DNA of 32,109 bases from Chiloscyllium plagiosum (GCF_004010195.1 NC_057719.1:9933606-9965714), one strand, 5' to 3'. Positions 1 to 11,818 are shown, counted from the first letter of the stretch. Translations and numbers: made by a program. The notes: a model not told the origin generated them from the sequence alone.

Positions 1-412
1 CGAGGAAAGGCTGAGGGACTTGAGGCTGTTTTCGTTAGAGAGAAGAAGGTTGCGAGGTGACTTAATAGAGACATATAAGATAATCAGAGGGTTAGATAGG
101 GTGGACAGGGAGACCCTTTTTCCAAGTATGGGGACGGTGAGCACGAGGGAGTATAGCTTTAAATTGAGGGGTGATAGATATAGGACAGATGTCATAGGTA
201 GCTTCTTTACTCAGAGAGTAGTAAGGGCATGGAATGCTTTGCCTGCAATGGTAGTAGATTCGCCAACTTTCAGTAGATTTAAGTCATCATTGGACAAGCA
301 TATGGACATACATGGAATAGTGTAGGTTAGATGGGCTTCAGATTGGTATGACAGGTCGGCACAACATCGAGGGCCAAAGGGCCTGTACTGCGCTGTTATG
401 TTCTATGTTCTA
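1..412 (+). mobile_element. CR1-clade LINE 3' end, cut by the window edge
   Basis: ORF 20-325 RLFSLERRRLRGDLIETYKI...FFTQRVVRAWNALP is the CR1 ORF2 C-terminus; ends in a (TATGTTC)n tail. Confidence 0.9.
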
Positions 413-828
413 AGTATAGTCTGCTCGCCGGAGAGCTCTCTGAAAGGTACCTGTCCATGAGAAATTTGTGAAGCAGAACATCGAAGCTGACCAAAAGAAA
501 AATCTACAGAGGAAAATCTACAAAGGAGAATCGACAAAGCTGACTGGCTTCAAAATGTGATTTGTTTTATAAATCTCAATCGATTTTTAAAAAAATTGGA
601 ACAGTATTGTAGAGTGGAAGGTAAAAGATAGGTTTAAGTGAAAGGAGTTGTAAATAGTTGTTTAATGTTCTCTTTTGGACTTAAAGAATAAAATTGTTAA
701 CTTCTACTTTAAATAGTGACCTCTCGGATAGTTCTTTGCATCTCAAACTTTAACAGATTACGGCGCAAGGTGAGCTTTTCTGTGTGTCGGGTTTAAATTA
801 GCAGAGGGGTTTTCCCCTTGTAATAACA
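413..828 (+). mobile_element. Possible 3' part of an LTR
   Basis: Contains GAATAAAA and ends ...GTAATAACA abruptly against a LINE tail. Family assignment is by feel only. Confidence 0.35.
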
Positions 829-912
829 CCACCACCTTCTCAAGGGCAACTAGGGATGGGCAATAAATGCTGGCACCATCATCGATGACAACATCCCCTG
901 AGTAAATTAAAA
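826..912 (+). mobile_element. 3' tail of a second LINE family ('...HHLLKGN*' tail)
   Basis: caccaccttctcaagggcaactagggatgggcaataaatgctggc...catccc; the same tail recurs at ~8695, ~15065 and, inverted, at ~14560, ~19030, ~24755 and ~30110. Confidence 0.75.
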
Positions 913-1234
913 GAATGCGTAGCAGGTGAGATCCCTAATCTGAGACTGGAGAGCAGATTCTGAGCAACATGTAAAACTTATATGCATCAATCATTAAGTA
1001 GAGACAGTTTTTAGAATAATATTCTCCTTGGGAATGAAAATTCTCAATGCTATTAACTCTATTGCTTACGGCATTCATCTAACATTACCCCTGCTTCATG
1101 ATATGAAACTCTAATGATGGTGAAATTATGAAAGGATTCAATTGGGATAGGCATAAAAGATGCCCCAACATGCAGGCGAATCCTACACAGAGGAGCAATA
1201 AGTCATTCAACAATAAATCATCAATTCAAGAGAA

Positions 1235-2098
1235 ATCTCTCAGGATCTTAATATGTGCCACTGTATAGGAAAGGTGTGAGTGCATTGGAGAGAATGCAGA
1301 AGTGATTTCCAAGACTGGTTCCTGTGGTGAGAGATTTCAGCGATGAGGATAGATTGAAGACATTGGGACGGTAATCCTTGTAGAGAAGAAGGCTGAGAAG
1401 GGATCTGACAGAGGTTTTCAAAAGCATGAACACAGAGAAGAAAGGGAGAAGCTGTTCCCACTCATGAAAGGAACTCAAACAAGAGGGCCTACATTAAAAA
1501 TTATATGCAAAAGGAACAAATGTGATGACAGAAAAAAACATTTTCACTCAATGAGTAGTTAGGGTATGGAATTCTGTGTCTGGAAATATGGATTGAGGCT
1601 CAATTGAAAATATCAAGAAGGCACTGGCTGATTATTTGATGGAAATACTGTGGGGGAAAGAGGAGGGGTTTGATAGTAGACAATGAGACCCATTTGAAGC
1701 GAAGGTACACATGCACACAATAGGCTGAATATTTATAGAGTCATACAGCGCAGAAACAAACCCTTCAGCTAAACCTGTCCCTGTCGACCAGGTTTCCTCA
1801 ACTGAACTAGTCGTCTAGTATTTGGTGGAGTTAAAAGAGGAAACAGCTTTTTGTAAATACACAGGAAGCTAGTGTGATCTGGTCTGCATTGTGTGGAGGG
1901 GGAATCAGATTCAACAGTACTCTTTTCAAGGGAAAAAATACTTTGAAGAAAGCAAAATTATACAGAGCAATGGAAAAAAGAGCAGGGGAATTGGATGATG
2001 ATTGGACTACTTTACCAAAGAGCCAGTACAGGCACAATGGGCCAAATGGCCACCCTGTACCATTCTACTTTTCCGTGACACTCTATGACTCTGTGACT
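1235..2098 (+). mobile_element. Degenerate CR1 fragments (1235-1730 +, short inverted tail 1735-1815, 1830-2098 +)
   Basis: Decayed agaagaaggctgagaagggatctgacagagg and ttttcactcaatgagtagttagggtatggaattc motifs; (GACTCTAT)n-type tails. Confidence 0.7.
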
Positions 2099-2842
2099 TC
2101 ATATGGAGATTGCTCCTACATGGAGCAGTTGAGAGTTAGTGTTGGGGAAGTGGGATCAACAGATGGCAGGGATAGATAGAGGGAGGTATGTCAATATGTT
2201 GGTGAATTAAACTGGTAGAAGTGTGATCACATCACATTGGATTCCATGGCATTTATAACACACAAACCACTTATTTCTGTCCTGTATTTTTGTGCAATGC
2301 AAAGTATTCTCACTGGCACTTTGGTCATTAAATTGCTGAGGGATAGTCTGTATTCCCTTCAGCAGGTTCCCCCTCACTGCCCAGTGGATACGAGCAATCT
2401 AGTGCCTCATATAACTGGGTCCTTTACTTTTACATAAGGAGGGAGGTGGATTTGTCGGTGCACATCCAATATATTCAGATATGGAATTGTAACTGACTTT
2501 TTCCCTGCCTGTTTTGACACTCTTCATTTTGGGGGTGGGAACTAATGTTATTAAAAAAGAAAATCATACTCAAAACTGCTTGTAACATCAGCTGTCCAGT
2601 CACTTGCTCAACAAGATTTTGAAGGCGGTCAAACTATAATGCAAAGGTTGATCCAAGTATTTCGTGTAAAAACTCATTGAGACCCAGGGAGAACTGTTAA
2701 TGAATAATGGCACTCAACAGAGCAGTCAGATGAGCCATCTACTCCATGGTATGTAAAGGTTTAGATAGAGAGTTTGTTAATTCACTTCTATTGCAAACTT
2801 TATCCAAAGGAGAAACTCTGTAAACACCTTGGATTTCTTGCT

Positions 2843-3245
2843 CCTTCAAGGAACGACGGTTGGAGGAAGAACGCCTCATCTTCCGGCTAGGAACCCTCCA
2901 ACCACAAGGGATGAACTCGGATTTCACCAGTTTCCTCATTTCCCCTCCCCCCAGCCTGTCTCAGTCAAATCCATCAAATTCAGCACCGCCTCCCTAACCT
3001 GCAATCTTCTTCCCGACCTCTCCGCCCCCCACCCCAATCTGTCCTATCACCCTCACCTTGACCTTTTTCCACCTATCACATTTCCGACGCCCCTCCTCCA
3101 AGTCCCTCCTCCCTATCTTTTATCTTAGCCTGCTGGACAAACTTTCCTCATTCCTGAAGAAGGGCTAATGCCTGAAACGTCGATTCTCCTGTTCCCTAGA
3201 TGCTGCCTGACCTGCTGCCCTTCTCCAGCAACACATTTCCATTTC
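2843..3245 (+). mobile_element. Penelope-like element 3' end (GIY-YIG C-terminus plus terminal repeat with hammerhead motif)
   Basis: Encodes RRLEEERLIFRLGTLQPQGMNSDFTSF, then a C-rich UTR, then cCTGAAGAagggctaatgcctGAAAcgtc and gatgctgcctgacctgctg. Confidence 0.8.
3152..3183 (+). ncRNA. Minimal type I hammerhead ribozyme motif (Penelope-associated)
   Basis: TC-CTGAAGA-A-GGGC/TAAT/GCCT-GAAA-CGTC-GA: intact core, stem II, palindromic ACGT stem III, GUC cleavage triplet, 2-bp stem I. Confidence 0.7.
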
Positions 3246-3639
3246 TTGCTCCTTGTATGACAAATGGTAGTCTGTAATCTTTGGCATATGGTGTTTCTAA
3301 AGAGAATTGTCATCTCGTCTGAATATCTTTTGCATTGATTGCTTGATGTACATTACTCAATACCTGCTGGGGAGAAGAAAAAACATTCCTAATGCAATTC
3401 TCATTTATACATAAGGAGGTGTGATGTGGTGGCTGGCTCTTTAATTTTTACTGTTGTACACCTGGAGAGCAGATGATGGTTAGACAGCAGCTCGAAGATA
3501 CACAGTGGGAGAATGGAGAATGGTTAAATGCTTAGTTTCTTACGAAAGGAGAGACAAGCTTTAAAGAATGTGTGAGAAAGTCACAAGGGAGCTGTGAAGA
3601 TTTTCATGAAACCAATTTCTTCTTGCATTTGGTAGACTA

Positions 3640-4260
3640 GCTTTAATTAGTCAGTGCATTGAGTATGGGAGTCGGGAGGTCATGTTGCAGCTGTACAGGA
3701 CAGTAGTTAGGCCAATTTTGGAATACTGTGTTCAATTCTGGTCTCCCTGGTATAGGAAAGACGTTGTGAAACTTGAAAGGGTTCAGAAAAGATTTACAAG
3801 GGTGTTGCCAGGATTGGAGGGTTTAAGCTACAGGGAGAGCGCGAATAGGCAGGGGTTATATTCCCTATAGCATCAGACGCTGAAGGGTGGTCTTATAGAA
3901 GTTTATAAAATCATGAGGAGCATGGATAGGATAAATGGCCAAGATCTTTTGCCCAGGCTCGGGGAATTCCAAACTAGAGGGTATAGGTTTAGGGTGAGAG
4001 GGGAAAGATAAGGAAGGGACCTAATGGGCAATTTTTTCACGCAGAAGGTGCAAGGAATGAGCTGCCAGAGGAAGTGGTGGAGGATGGCACAATTGCGACA
4101 TTTAAAAGGCATCTGGATGGGTATCTAAATGGGAAGGGTTTAGAGAGAGAGATATGGGCCAAATGCTGGCAAATGGGACGAGGTTAATTTAGGATTTCTG
4201 GTCAGCATAGATGAGTTGGACCAAAGGGTCTGTTTCCGAGCTGTGTGACTCTCTGACTCT
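3640..4260 (+). mobile_element. CR1/HER1 LINE, 5'-truncated
   Basis: LQLYRTVVRPILEYCVQFWSP...ERVQKRFTRVLPGL, then frameshifts; tail gggtctgtttcc...gactctctgactct. Confidence 0.9.
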
Positions 4261-4424
4261 GTTTTCTTGCAACAACAAATTTGAGGATAGACCTGGTTGT
4301 TGGAGATATCTCAGGGAAAGACCCCAGGTACAGCAAGTGTACTACTGATGGCAATGTCTTACTTTGTTTGAAAAAAGTTTTCAATTTACTCCCAAGTTTG
4401 AAATGTGAAACAGCTGGTTCCCTG

Positions 4425-4530
4425 TCATAGAGTCATAGAGATGTACAGCACGGAAACAGACCCTTCAGTCCAACGTGTCCATGCCCATCAGATATCCCAA
4501 TCCATCCTAGTCCCACCTGCCAGCACCTGA
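4425..4530 (-). mobile_element. CR1/HER1 3' tail fragment
   Basis: tcatagagtcatagagatgtacagcacggaaacagacccttc is the reverse complement of the CR1 tail. Confidence 0.85.
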
Positions 4531-4789
4531 TCTGCTTAGTCTTGCCTAAGCTCTCACACAATGTCCAATGGCTAAGCTGTAACACTGAAAACAATAGAAG
4601 TCACTAGTGGATGCTCGAAGCTGGAGCAGAAATAGTGGAACACCATCTCTACCAATGGCTTCAATGCATGAGGTAGATAAAGCCAAGAGAGATATCGGAG
4701 CCCGTTTTGGCAAATCATAAAAATAATCTCCATCCATTGTGCAAAATTCTAACTGTTCAGGATTCACTTTTAACTGAATTCACCAAAAC

Positions 4790-5090
4790 TTTACATGAGA
4801 TGTGGGTGTCACTGCCCTTGACCTGAGTTGCTTGCTCGGGTATTTCAGAGGGCAGTCAGTCACATCTCTGTGAGTCTGGAGCCACCCGTAGGCCAGACCA
4901 GGTAAGGACAGCAAATTTCCTTCCTTAAAGGAGACACTAATGCAGCATAAGGGTGTTTCTTAAAAAGAAAGGCAGCAAACCATTAAATTGAATACAAATG
5001 CCATTAGGTACTGTGGTCGGATTTGAATCCGTCTCCCCCACAGCATTAATCAGATTCTCTAGATTACTAGTCCAGTCAGCATCTACCCCA
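4790..5090 (-). mobile_element. tRNA-derived SINE sharing the second LINE's tail (central domain resembles the Meta-SINE domain, from memory)
   Basis: gtctggagccacccgtaggccagaccaggtaaggacagcaaatttccttccttaaagg; paralogous copies at 5735-6130 (-) and 14845-15130 (+). Confidence 0.65.
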
Positions 5091-5379
5091 CACTCCTATG
5101 TGTGATGTTTACTGTTCTTTAAGACTTACTGCTAAATGAACATGAAATCCATCAACCATGACTTTACTAAATGATACAACAGACTCATGGATTCAATGCC
5201 TTACTTTAGTTCCTATTTATTTTGTTTATATCCCATTAATTTCCCACATCTACTTTACTTGCCAGCTCGTTGCCCACTCGCTGATTGTATATTTACTTCA
5301 TTTTGTATGCTCTTAATTCGCTACTTGTTTTCTTTCTGATCTTTGTGCCATTCATGTAACACAGTTCAGTGAGTATCTG

Positions 5380-5720
5380 CGGACTGCAGCAAGATATTTG
5401 ACAAGGTCCCAAATGGCAGCCTTGGCAGAAAAATCAAAAAGCACAGGATCTAAGAGAAAGTGCCAAGGTGGATCGAAGCTTCCTCAGTGGTGAAGGAACA
5501 ATGGGTAATGATCATTAAGGTTTTCGCATCGACATGGCAGCTTTCTCCAAAAATTAATGGACCTCAATAACTCTCCTTGTGTCATAAATTAATGACTTAT
5601 AAGAATTCTGTAAATTATATAAAAGTGGGTGTGTGCTTGAAATGAGGAAGAAAGCTATAGATTGCAGGACAATAACAATGAAATGCAGGAGGACCAAATG
5701 GAATTAAATTTGATCAAAGA
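5380..5720 (+). mobile_element. Highly degenerate CR1 reverse transcriptase fragment
   Basis: gcaagatatttgacaaggtcccaaatggcagcctt (K.FDKVP) and ataaattaatgactt (YINDL-like). Confidence 0.5.
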
Positions 5721-5734
5721 TTCTTCCAGTGTAT

Positions 5735-6130
5735 TCATTCATAGGATGTGGGTGTCATTGGGTAGACCAAGTCACATGACACCAGGTTACAGTCCAATAG
5801 GTTCATTTGAAATCACAAGCTTTTGAAGAGCTGACGAAGGAGCAGCACTCTGGAAGCTTGTGATCTCAAATAAACCTGTTGGACTATAAACTAGTGTCAT
5901 GTGACTGCTGACTTTTTCCATCCCAGTCCAACACCAGCATCTCCACATCATTGGCTAGACCAGCACTGATTACCGAGCGGGCACTTAGGAGTTAACCACA
6001 TTGCTGTGGATCTGGAGTCACAGGTAAGTCAGACTGGGTCAGGGAAGCAGATTTCCTACTGTAAGGGGCATTAGTAGACCAGGCAAGTGTTTCTCCCCCA
6101 GCAATTTCATAGTCATCATTAGAATTTTAA
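5735..6130 (-). mobile_element. SINE copy interrupted by a palindromic element
   Basis: Same family as 4790-5090; split at a duplicated tcattgg(g/c)tagacca. Confidence 0.65.
5770..5947. mobile_element. Palindromic non-autonomous element (Penelope-derived) with a 15-bp target-site duplication
   Basis: 53-bp inverted arms at 5770-5822 and 5854-5906; loop CTGACGAaggagcagcactctGGAA; direct repeats at 5755-5769 and 5948-5962 (14/15 identical). Confidence 0.75.
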
Positions 6131-7179
6131 TTAAACTTCACCTGCTTGTCGCATATAAGGTGCATGTCTAAATTTTCAATGCACTGTATTTTTGACCAGT
6201 TAATGTAATTATAAGTAAACAAGAGCAGGAAGTGGCACTGATACATTTAGCAATGTAACATCAAAAGGAGTGTGAGATGGAGACTGGAGGTAATAGGTCC
6301 TCATCCAATACAATACACAATGCCCATCTAATTCCCTGATTATATATCCTCGGTGTCTGAGGTTCCCCACTGGGAGCCAAAGAAAATCAGAACCTTATAT
6401 CTACAGAATAAAGTGGCTTGTTTTCAGTTTAATTTACTTTTGTTGTCACACATTTCTATTAGATTCAACTTATCAGTGTTACAGTGAACTATTTCTACTA
6501 AGAGAGGACTGAAACAATACAAGCAAGTTGGTTGTGATGTGACTGGTTCTTTTTTAATCTGTCTATTCAAGTTATATTTGAAATGCACCGCCCATTGTAA
6601 TGATTCCCAAACTTATGCCTCAAACTGTGCATTACAACACTCATTGAATGAACAGTTTGACAATGATCTACGTTTATTTAGTGAGGTTATAATTTACCTC
6701 TTTGTTCTCTTTGTCAGCCCATAATGAATAATAAGAATCCTTCACAATAGGTGAGTCAACGATCTCTTTCTGCAAATCACATTTAAACCCTTATCACTCC
6801 TGTTCTTTGCTTGAGAATTTCATGACACTTATGATGCAATCTTCCCTCTTCAGTAGCAGCAAGCATTTACAATCTGAAATGCATAACCTTGTACTTAGCT
6901 GTTTCCACCATCACATCCATATTCTCAAAGTAAACATTAAAAGTGAAGTGGTAAACCAATTTAACCCAATTTCCTGTATTGGGTGAGAACCTGCACCAAA
7001 AAAACCATTGCCAAATTCTGTCTCCACCTCACTTCTTTAGTTGCTACATTACTAACTGCATCTGCACCCTTCCTGCTATTGTCCTCAAGTGGAAATGTCA
7101 TTGATTTTATTTCCAATTTATTCCTTTTGTCACTTTTTTTCATTCAGTTTGGACTTGTCTCTGGACCTGCTCCATCTAA

Positions 7180-7345
7180 AGACAAAAAAAACTGCAGATG
7201 CTGGAATCCAAAGTAGACAGGCATAAGGCTGAAGAAGACAGCAAGCCAGGCAGCATCAGGAGATGGAGAAGTCTGCATTTCGGGTGTAACCCTTTTCTAT
7301 CTCCTGATGCTGCTTGGCTTGCTAGGTTCTTCCAGCCTCCTATGT
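7180..7345. mobile_element. Palindromic Penelope-derived short element
   Basis: actgcagatgctggaa head; inverted arms cagcaagccaggcagcatcaggagat / atctcctgatgctgcttggcttgcta; flanked by atctaa (7174-7179 and 7346-7351). Confidence 0.7.
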
Positions 7346-7579
7346 ATCTAACTCAGTTAGCTCAGTGGTTACTTTACAATGCAAAGCTAATACTGGAAGC
7401 ATGGGTTTAATACTGCTGTTCAGCCTCCACTTTTGGGAATAGGCTAGCAATTAATATACACTACAAACCACAGACCCTCACAGGATACCTTGGCTATACT
7501 TCCTCACACTCCACTTCCTCGAAGGACTCCATTCCATTCTTTGTTTCCCTATCTCTATTACATTGATTTTTTTTTCCAC

Positions 7580-7962
7580 TGGCATGTCGGAGGTTGAGGG
7601 GTGACCTTACAGAAGCATATAAAATCATTAGGGGGATACTTAAGGCAAATGACAAGTGTCTTTTCCCTGGGGGATGGGGAGACTTTCAAAATTAAGGTGA
7701 GTGGAGAAAGATTTTAAAAAGATATGGGGGCAATATTTTGACACAGAGTGATTCATGCATGGAATAAACTTCCAGATGAGGTGATGAATGTGGTTAAAGT
7801 TACAACATTTAGAAGTCATTTAGATAAGTACATGAATAAGAAATGTTTGGAGGGATATGGGCCAAATTCAGGCAGGTGGGATGTGTTTAGTTTGGGATTA
7901 TGGTCGACATAGACTGGTTGGACCGAAGGGTCTGTTTCCCTGCTATATAACTCTCTGACTCT
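7580..7962 (+). mobile_element. CR1/HER1 3' fragment
   Basis: gtcggaggttgaggggtgaccttacagaag ... gggtctgtttccctgctatataactctctgactcta. Confidence 0.85.
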
Positions 7963-8469
7963 AAGATTCAGGAAATGTAAATTTCTACAGCAGTGCTTTC
8001 TGCTATGTCTTCCTTTTCCTACACAAGGGGACTTCCACTGCTCTAGCCCCCCAAACCCAAATCTGTCCTCCACCGATTCCCATTCAGCATGATTGACAGC
8101 ACCAGCCACCATGTCGATCATTCATACTTACACGCATATCCTTTCCCCTTGCTTGCCAAAAGCATGATAGGGTGCCCTTGACCTAAACTCCCACCATATC
8201 AACCTCCACATTCATCCTTCAAACTGCTGCCATATGTGTATCTTACCCATAACAGCATTTAGCTTTATCATTGAGTTGTGTGTATAGAATGTGACTCTGA
8301 CTCACAGTGAGTCTGTTGTAGGTTTGCAAGCTATGTGCACATTGAAATTAGCTGATTTGTTGTAATGTCTACTTTATAACTTATAATTTGTTTACAATTT
8401 TTTTCAAACTAATCCATCTAAAGTAACCAACTCACTGCTCTCTACAATTTGCACTGCAAACAACATCAC

Positions 8470-8770
8470 TAAAGAGCACCTTCCAAAGCCATGGCCATTT
8501 CCATCTAAGAAGGACAAGGGCAGCTGATACATGGGAACACCACCCTTGCATGTTCCCCTCCAAACCACTCACTATCCTGACTTGGAAATATATCCTTCAG
8601 TGCCACTGTGCAAAAATCTCCGAATTCCTTCCCTAAGGGCATTGCAAGTCTACCTGCAGCACAAAGACTGCATCGGTTTAAGAAGGCAGCTCATCACCAC
8701 CTTCTCAAGGGCAATTACAGACAGGCAATAAATGCTGATCGAGCCAGCGATGCCCCTGCCCCATTAGAAA
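8470..8770 (+). mobile_element. Second LINE family, 3' end
   Basis: ORF end ...QRLHRFKKAAHHHLLKGN followed by the ggcaataaatgctg tail. Confidence 0.8.
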
Positions 8771-9894
8771 GTCAAAGAAAAGCAAGTTGATGAGTTAATC
8801 AATCGCTGTGATTGATTATTAGTTCACCATCGATAACATGACAATCTTAATAATCTCCAGTGTGATGCCACCTCCAAACTACATCTCCCTTTCCCTCCCC
8901 TTTCAACAATTTGAGGTGAAGGTTCTCCTCTGACCTCCTTGGTCAATTATACAGTCAGCCCTAACACACCCTCCTTATCCTCCAGTACATTTCCAGGTCA
9001 TCACAGGCAATGCAACAGCTGAAGGATTCCCCTCTCCCTCCTCATGAACCAAGGCCCTAAATACTCCAAGCAAATGAAGCAGTGACTTACTGATATTTGT
9101 TTCAATTTTTTAAAAATATCACATTGGTTGCTCACAGTGCAGTATCCTATATGTCTTGGGGAGTTCCGATGCAGACTGGGAAACTGTTTTACAGAGATCT
9201 GCAAGAATGAACTCTGGCCTTCCTGAGCTGGTCATTTTTATCCTTCACTTTGTACCACTTTGGCCCTTCTGTCTTTGGATTGTTACACTGTTTTATGATC
9301 CCAGCTGATATCATTACCAAACCAGTCAGATCCCAGATGGGAACCCGGATTGACAGATGATCATTTTATTCATTTTGGCTTTAGCAAAGTGGTCTATCAT
9401 TGAAACGCAGTATTGCAACATTTACTTTAACAATAAAACAGAAGAAATTAAGAAAAAAAAATCAATTAGCGAATTTATCTATTTATAATATAAAGTCCTT
9501 GAAACATGCAGTAAAAGTACAAATCCATTAATTTCAAAATACTCTTTCATAAACTGAAAAGAAAGAAAACAGCTCTTGTGCAGTACACAAAACAGATTGA
9601 TAACACAGAACTCAAAACACCACTTGCACAATATTCACACCAGAGTCCCTGCATCCAACACTTAGGTAGGTTTCAGTCACTTATAACTTCTTTAGACTGG
9701 AGCTGCGGATAGCTTCTTCCTGGAGCTCATATATTCCTGAGCTTTCATGTGCTCAGATTTAAGTAACCTCCTCAGGGTTTTATCCCAACTCTTTACTCTA
9801 AGGCTATCCAGAGCACAATATTCTATCCTTCTCAGGAACACTGGTCTACACAGCCATTCTAGTCCAAGGACTTTATGGGATTGTTCCAAAGGCC

Positions 9895-10300
9895 CACAAC
9901 TCTCTGCAAGAAAATAAATTCTCCTCATCTCTGTTAAATGGTCAAATCCTGAGTGACCATTAGTTCTAAATTTTCCCACAAGAGGAAACATTTACCTTGT
10001 CAAGGCCCCTCATGATGTTAATCAAATCACCCCTTACTCTGCTGAACTGCAGCAGATATAAGGCTAACCTATCACAGGGTTTTTCATGTGATAACTGACT
10101 CATTCCAGGTATTAGTCTAAAAAAAAGCCTGTGAACCGCCTCCAATGCATTGACACTCTTCCTTAAATTCAGTGACTAGTACTGTGCACAGTACTCTAGA
10201 TGTGCCCTCACCAGTGCCCTGTGTAACTAAAGCATATTCTTCCTATTTTTCAGTTTACCTGATAATAAGTGATAACATTTTATAAACTTTCCGAATTGAT
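9895..10300 (-). mobile_element. Degenerate CR1 fragment
   Basis: Reverse strand reads MFPLVGKFRTNGHS and gagtactgtgcacagtact (EYCAQ-like). Confidence 0.7.
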
Positions 10301-10715
10301 ACGGACATATTAAGCTACTAGGATGCTCAGATCCCACTGCATTCCAGAGCTTTTTAATCTTTCACCAGTTAGAAAACATGCTTCTTTGTCCATTCTGATA
10401 GGAAGAACGAAAATGGAGCATTATCCCAAATGCTAGACCTTTGCCTACTCACAACCATTTTCCTTAGGAGCTTACTTACGTTCTCTTCACAACTGACTTG
10501 TCAATATCTTATCAGTAGTATTGATGCATTTAGTTGGAAGCTAAACTGACACAAAAGAGAGAACTGAACAGAAAGATATATAGTTGCTGTTAGTTGAAGT
10601 GGCATGGGGTGCAGCATAAAGACCAGTTGATCGCCTGTCTGTTTGTGATTCATTTAGTTTAGTATGCAATCATCAAACCGTAAGTGCGTAACAAATTGAA
10701 ACCAACAAGCCCTAC

Positions 10716-10877
10716 CTCTCTGAGGCATCCCATGAAGTTATTGCTGACAGGTGATCCGGGCAGATCTGCTGTACTCGGACTTCCGCCGACGTAGAAAAAG
10801 TCGTCAGATCCCAACATGGTGTAGTCTTCTTGGGTGTAACCTGTGGTAGTGAGGATGCCATCCACCGAAATGGTGAC
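10716..10877 (-). CDS. NRXN3: Alpha-neurexin coding exon (162 nt), C-terminal part of LNS domain 2
   Basis: Acceptor tcctttgactAG|GTCACC and donor AGAGAG|GTAGGG. 54 codons: [54 protein letters not shown], in frame with the upstream exons. Confidence 0.95.
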
Positions 10878-11331
10878 CTAGTCAAAGGATATAATGAAGA
10901 AAACGGCCCAGAGTGACCTTTACACATTGTGCTGCCTGGCACCTGCCTGCGTTTCTCAATTTACTTTTTTTTTGTGCTTATTTCAGGTTTGCGTTTTCTT
11001 GAGTAAATACTGGGGAAGTCCCATTTTCTGGTCTGTGTTTGCACAATGGCACAGTTGGAGTTGGAGATTCTATCATCTAGTTTGCCCATGCTTCTTGGTT
11101 CATCTCACTGAACCCATGAGTGATCGTTCTGAGCTTTTACTTTTAACATGTGAAGCGGGTGACAATGCAGGCGAGAAAATGGAACTATCCACTTTTGTGC
11201 CAATTCGTTTCTTTACAAAATAAAACTTGAGTTGGAGCGTTCAAAAAAAAATCAGTCGAAAAAAATATAAGTTTTTTTTTAAAGAAAATAAACTTTATTC
11301 CCCACTTTATTATCATTTGAACACTGACAAG

Positions 11332-11818
11332 CATGCATCAGGAGAGAGCTCTTACCGTCTACAGCATGAATGCGCATGACATGAGTCAAAGCTCAACTAT
11401 AGAAAAGTCACCAGCTTCATCACTGTGAGCAACTGCATCACCTCGTTCTTAAAAAAAAACTTCTCAAAAAGAAAATGCAAAGAAAAGGAAAGCAAAAGGA
11501 AATCCAAAAGGAAACATGCACGTGTCAAAACTCGACACTCTCATGCAAAAAAAACAAAAGCCATGGATCACGAAAGTGAACTACAGCAGCATCGCTTCCA
11601 CTTGCATGCATATAAACACGTGGGGGTGGCGGGTTGTGGTGTGTATGTGATGGAGGAGAGGTGGGGAAGGAATGGTGTGGAGGGGTGAGGAGGAGGGGAA
11701 AGTTAACAATCGACATGTTAGTGGAAATAGGTTAGAAGGCAAGATGTTGGATGGAGTTTGATTGTCTGGGTTTTCTTTTTCCGGTCACACTGAAGGTTGA
11801 ATTTGGTCATGCCATGCA
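11332..11818 (-). promoter_or_regulatory. Five Rbfox-type TGCATG elements in the intron downstream of SS2
   Basis: CATGCA on + (TGCATG in the pre-mRNA) at 11332, 11515, 11542, 11605 and 11813. Confidence 0.6.
11356..11447 (-). other. Candidate poison cassette exon (41-nt form 11396-11356 or 92-nt form 11447-11356)
   Basis: Donor GACG|GTAAGA at 11356/11355. Acceptors ttttctatAG (11398-11397) and ttttttttaAG (11449-11448). Neither length is a multiple of 3, and the long form has an in-frame TAG. Confidence 0.4.

Larger units (their letters stand above)
7430..9290 (+). mobile_element. Old fragmented Penelope-like element (RT thumb to GIY-YIG), interrupted by later insertions
   Basis: 7455-7540 resembles a decayed IHYKPTDSHSYLDYTSSHP..KDSIPF; 9000-9200 holds decayed Cys-rich/GIY-YIG sequence (cattggttgctcacagtgcagtatcctatatgtc...gcagactggg). 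Confidence 0.55.

Noticed and set aside
1..10715. Next neurexin exon (VVYKNND...)
   Set aside because: No matching ORF or sequence was seen; the intron apparently extends past the window start.
10712..10942. Overlapping 76-aa alternative-frame ORF across the LNS2 exon
   Set aside because: It starts in the intron with no independent support. It matters only as the frame entered after the candidate 41-nt frameshift exon.
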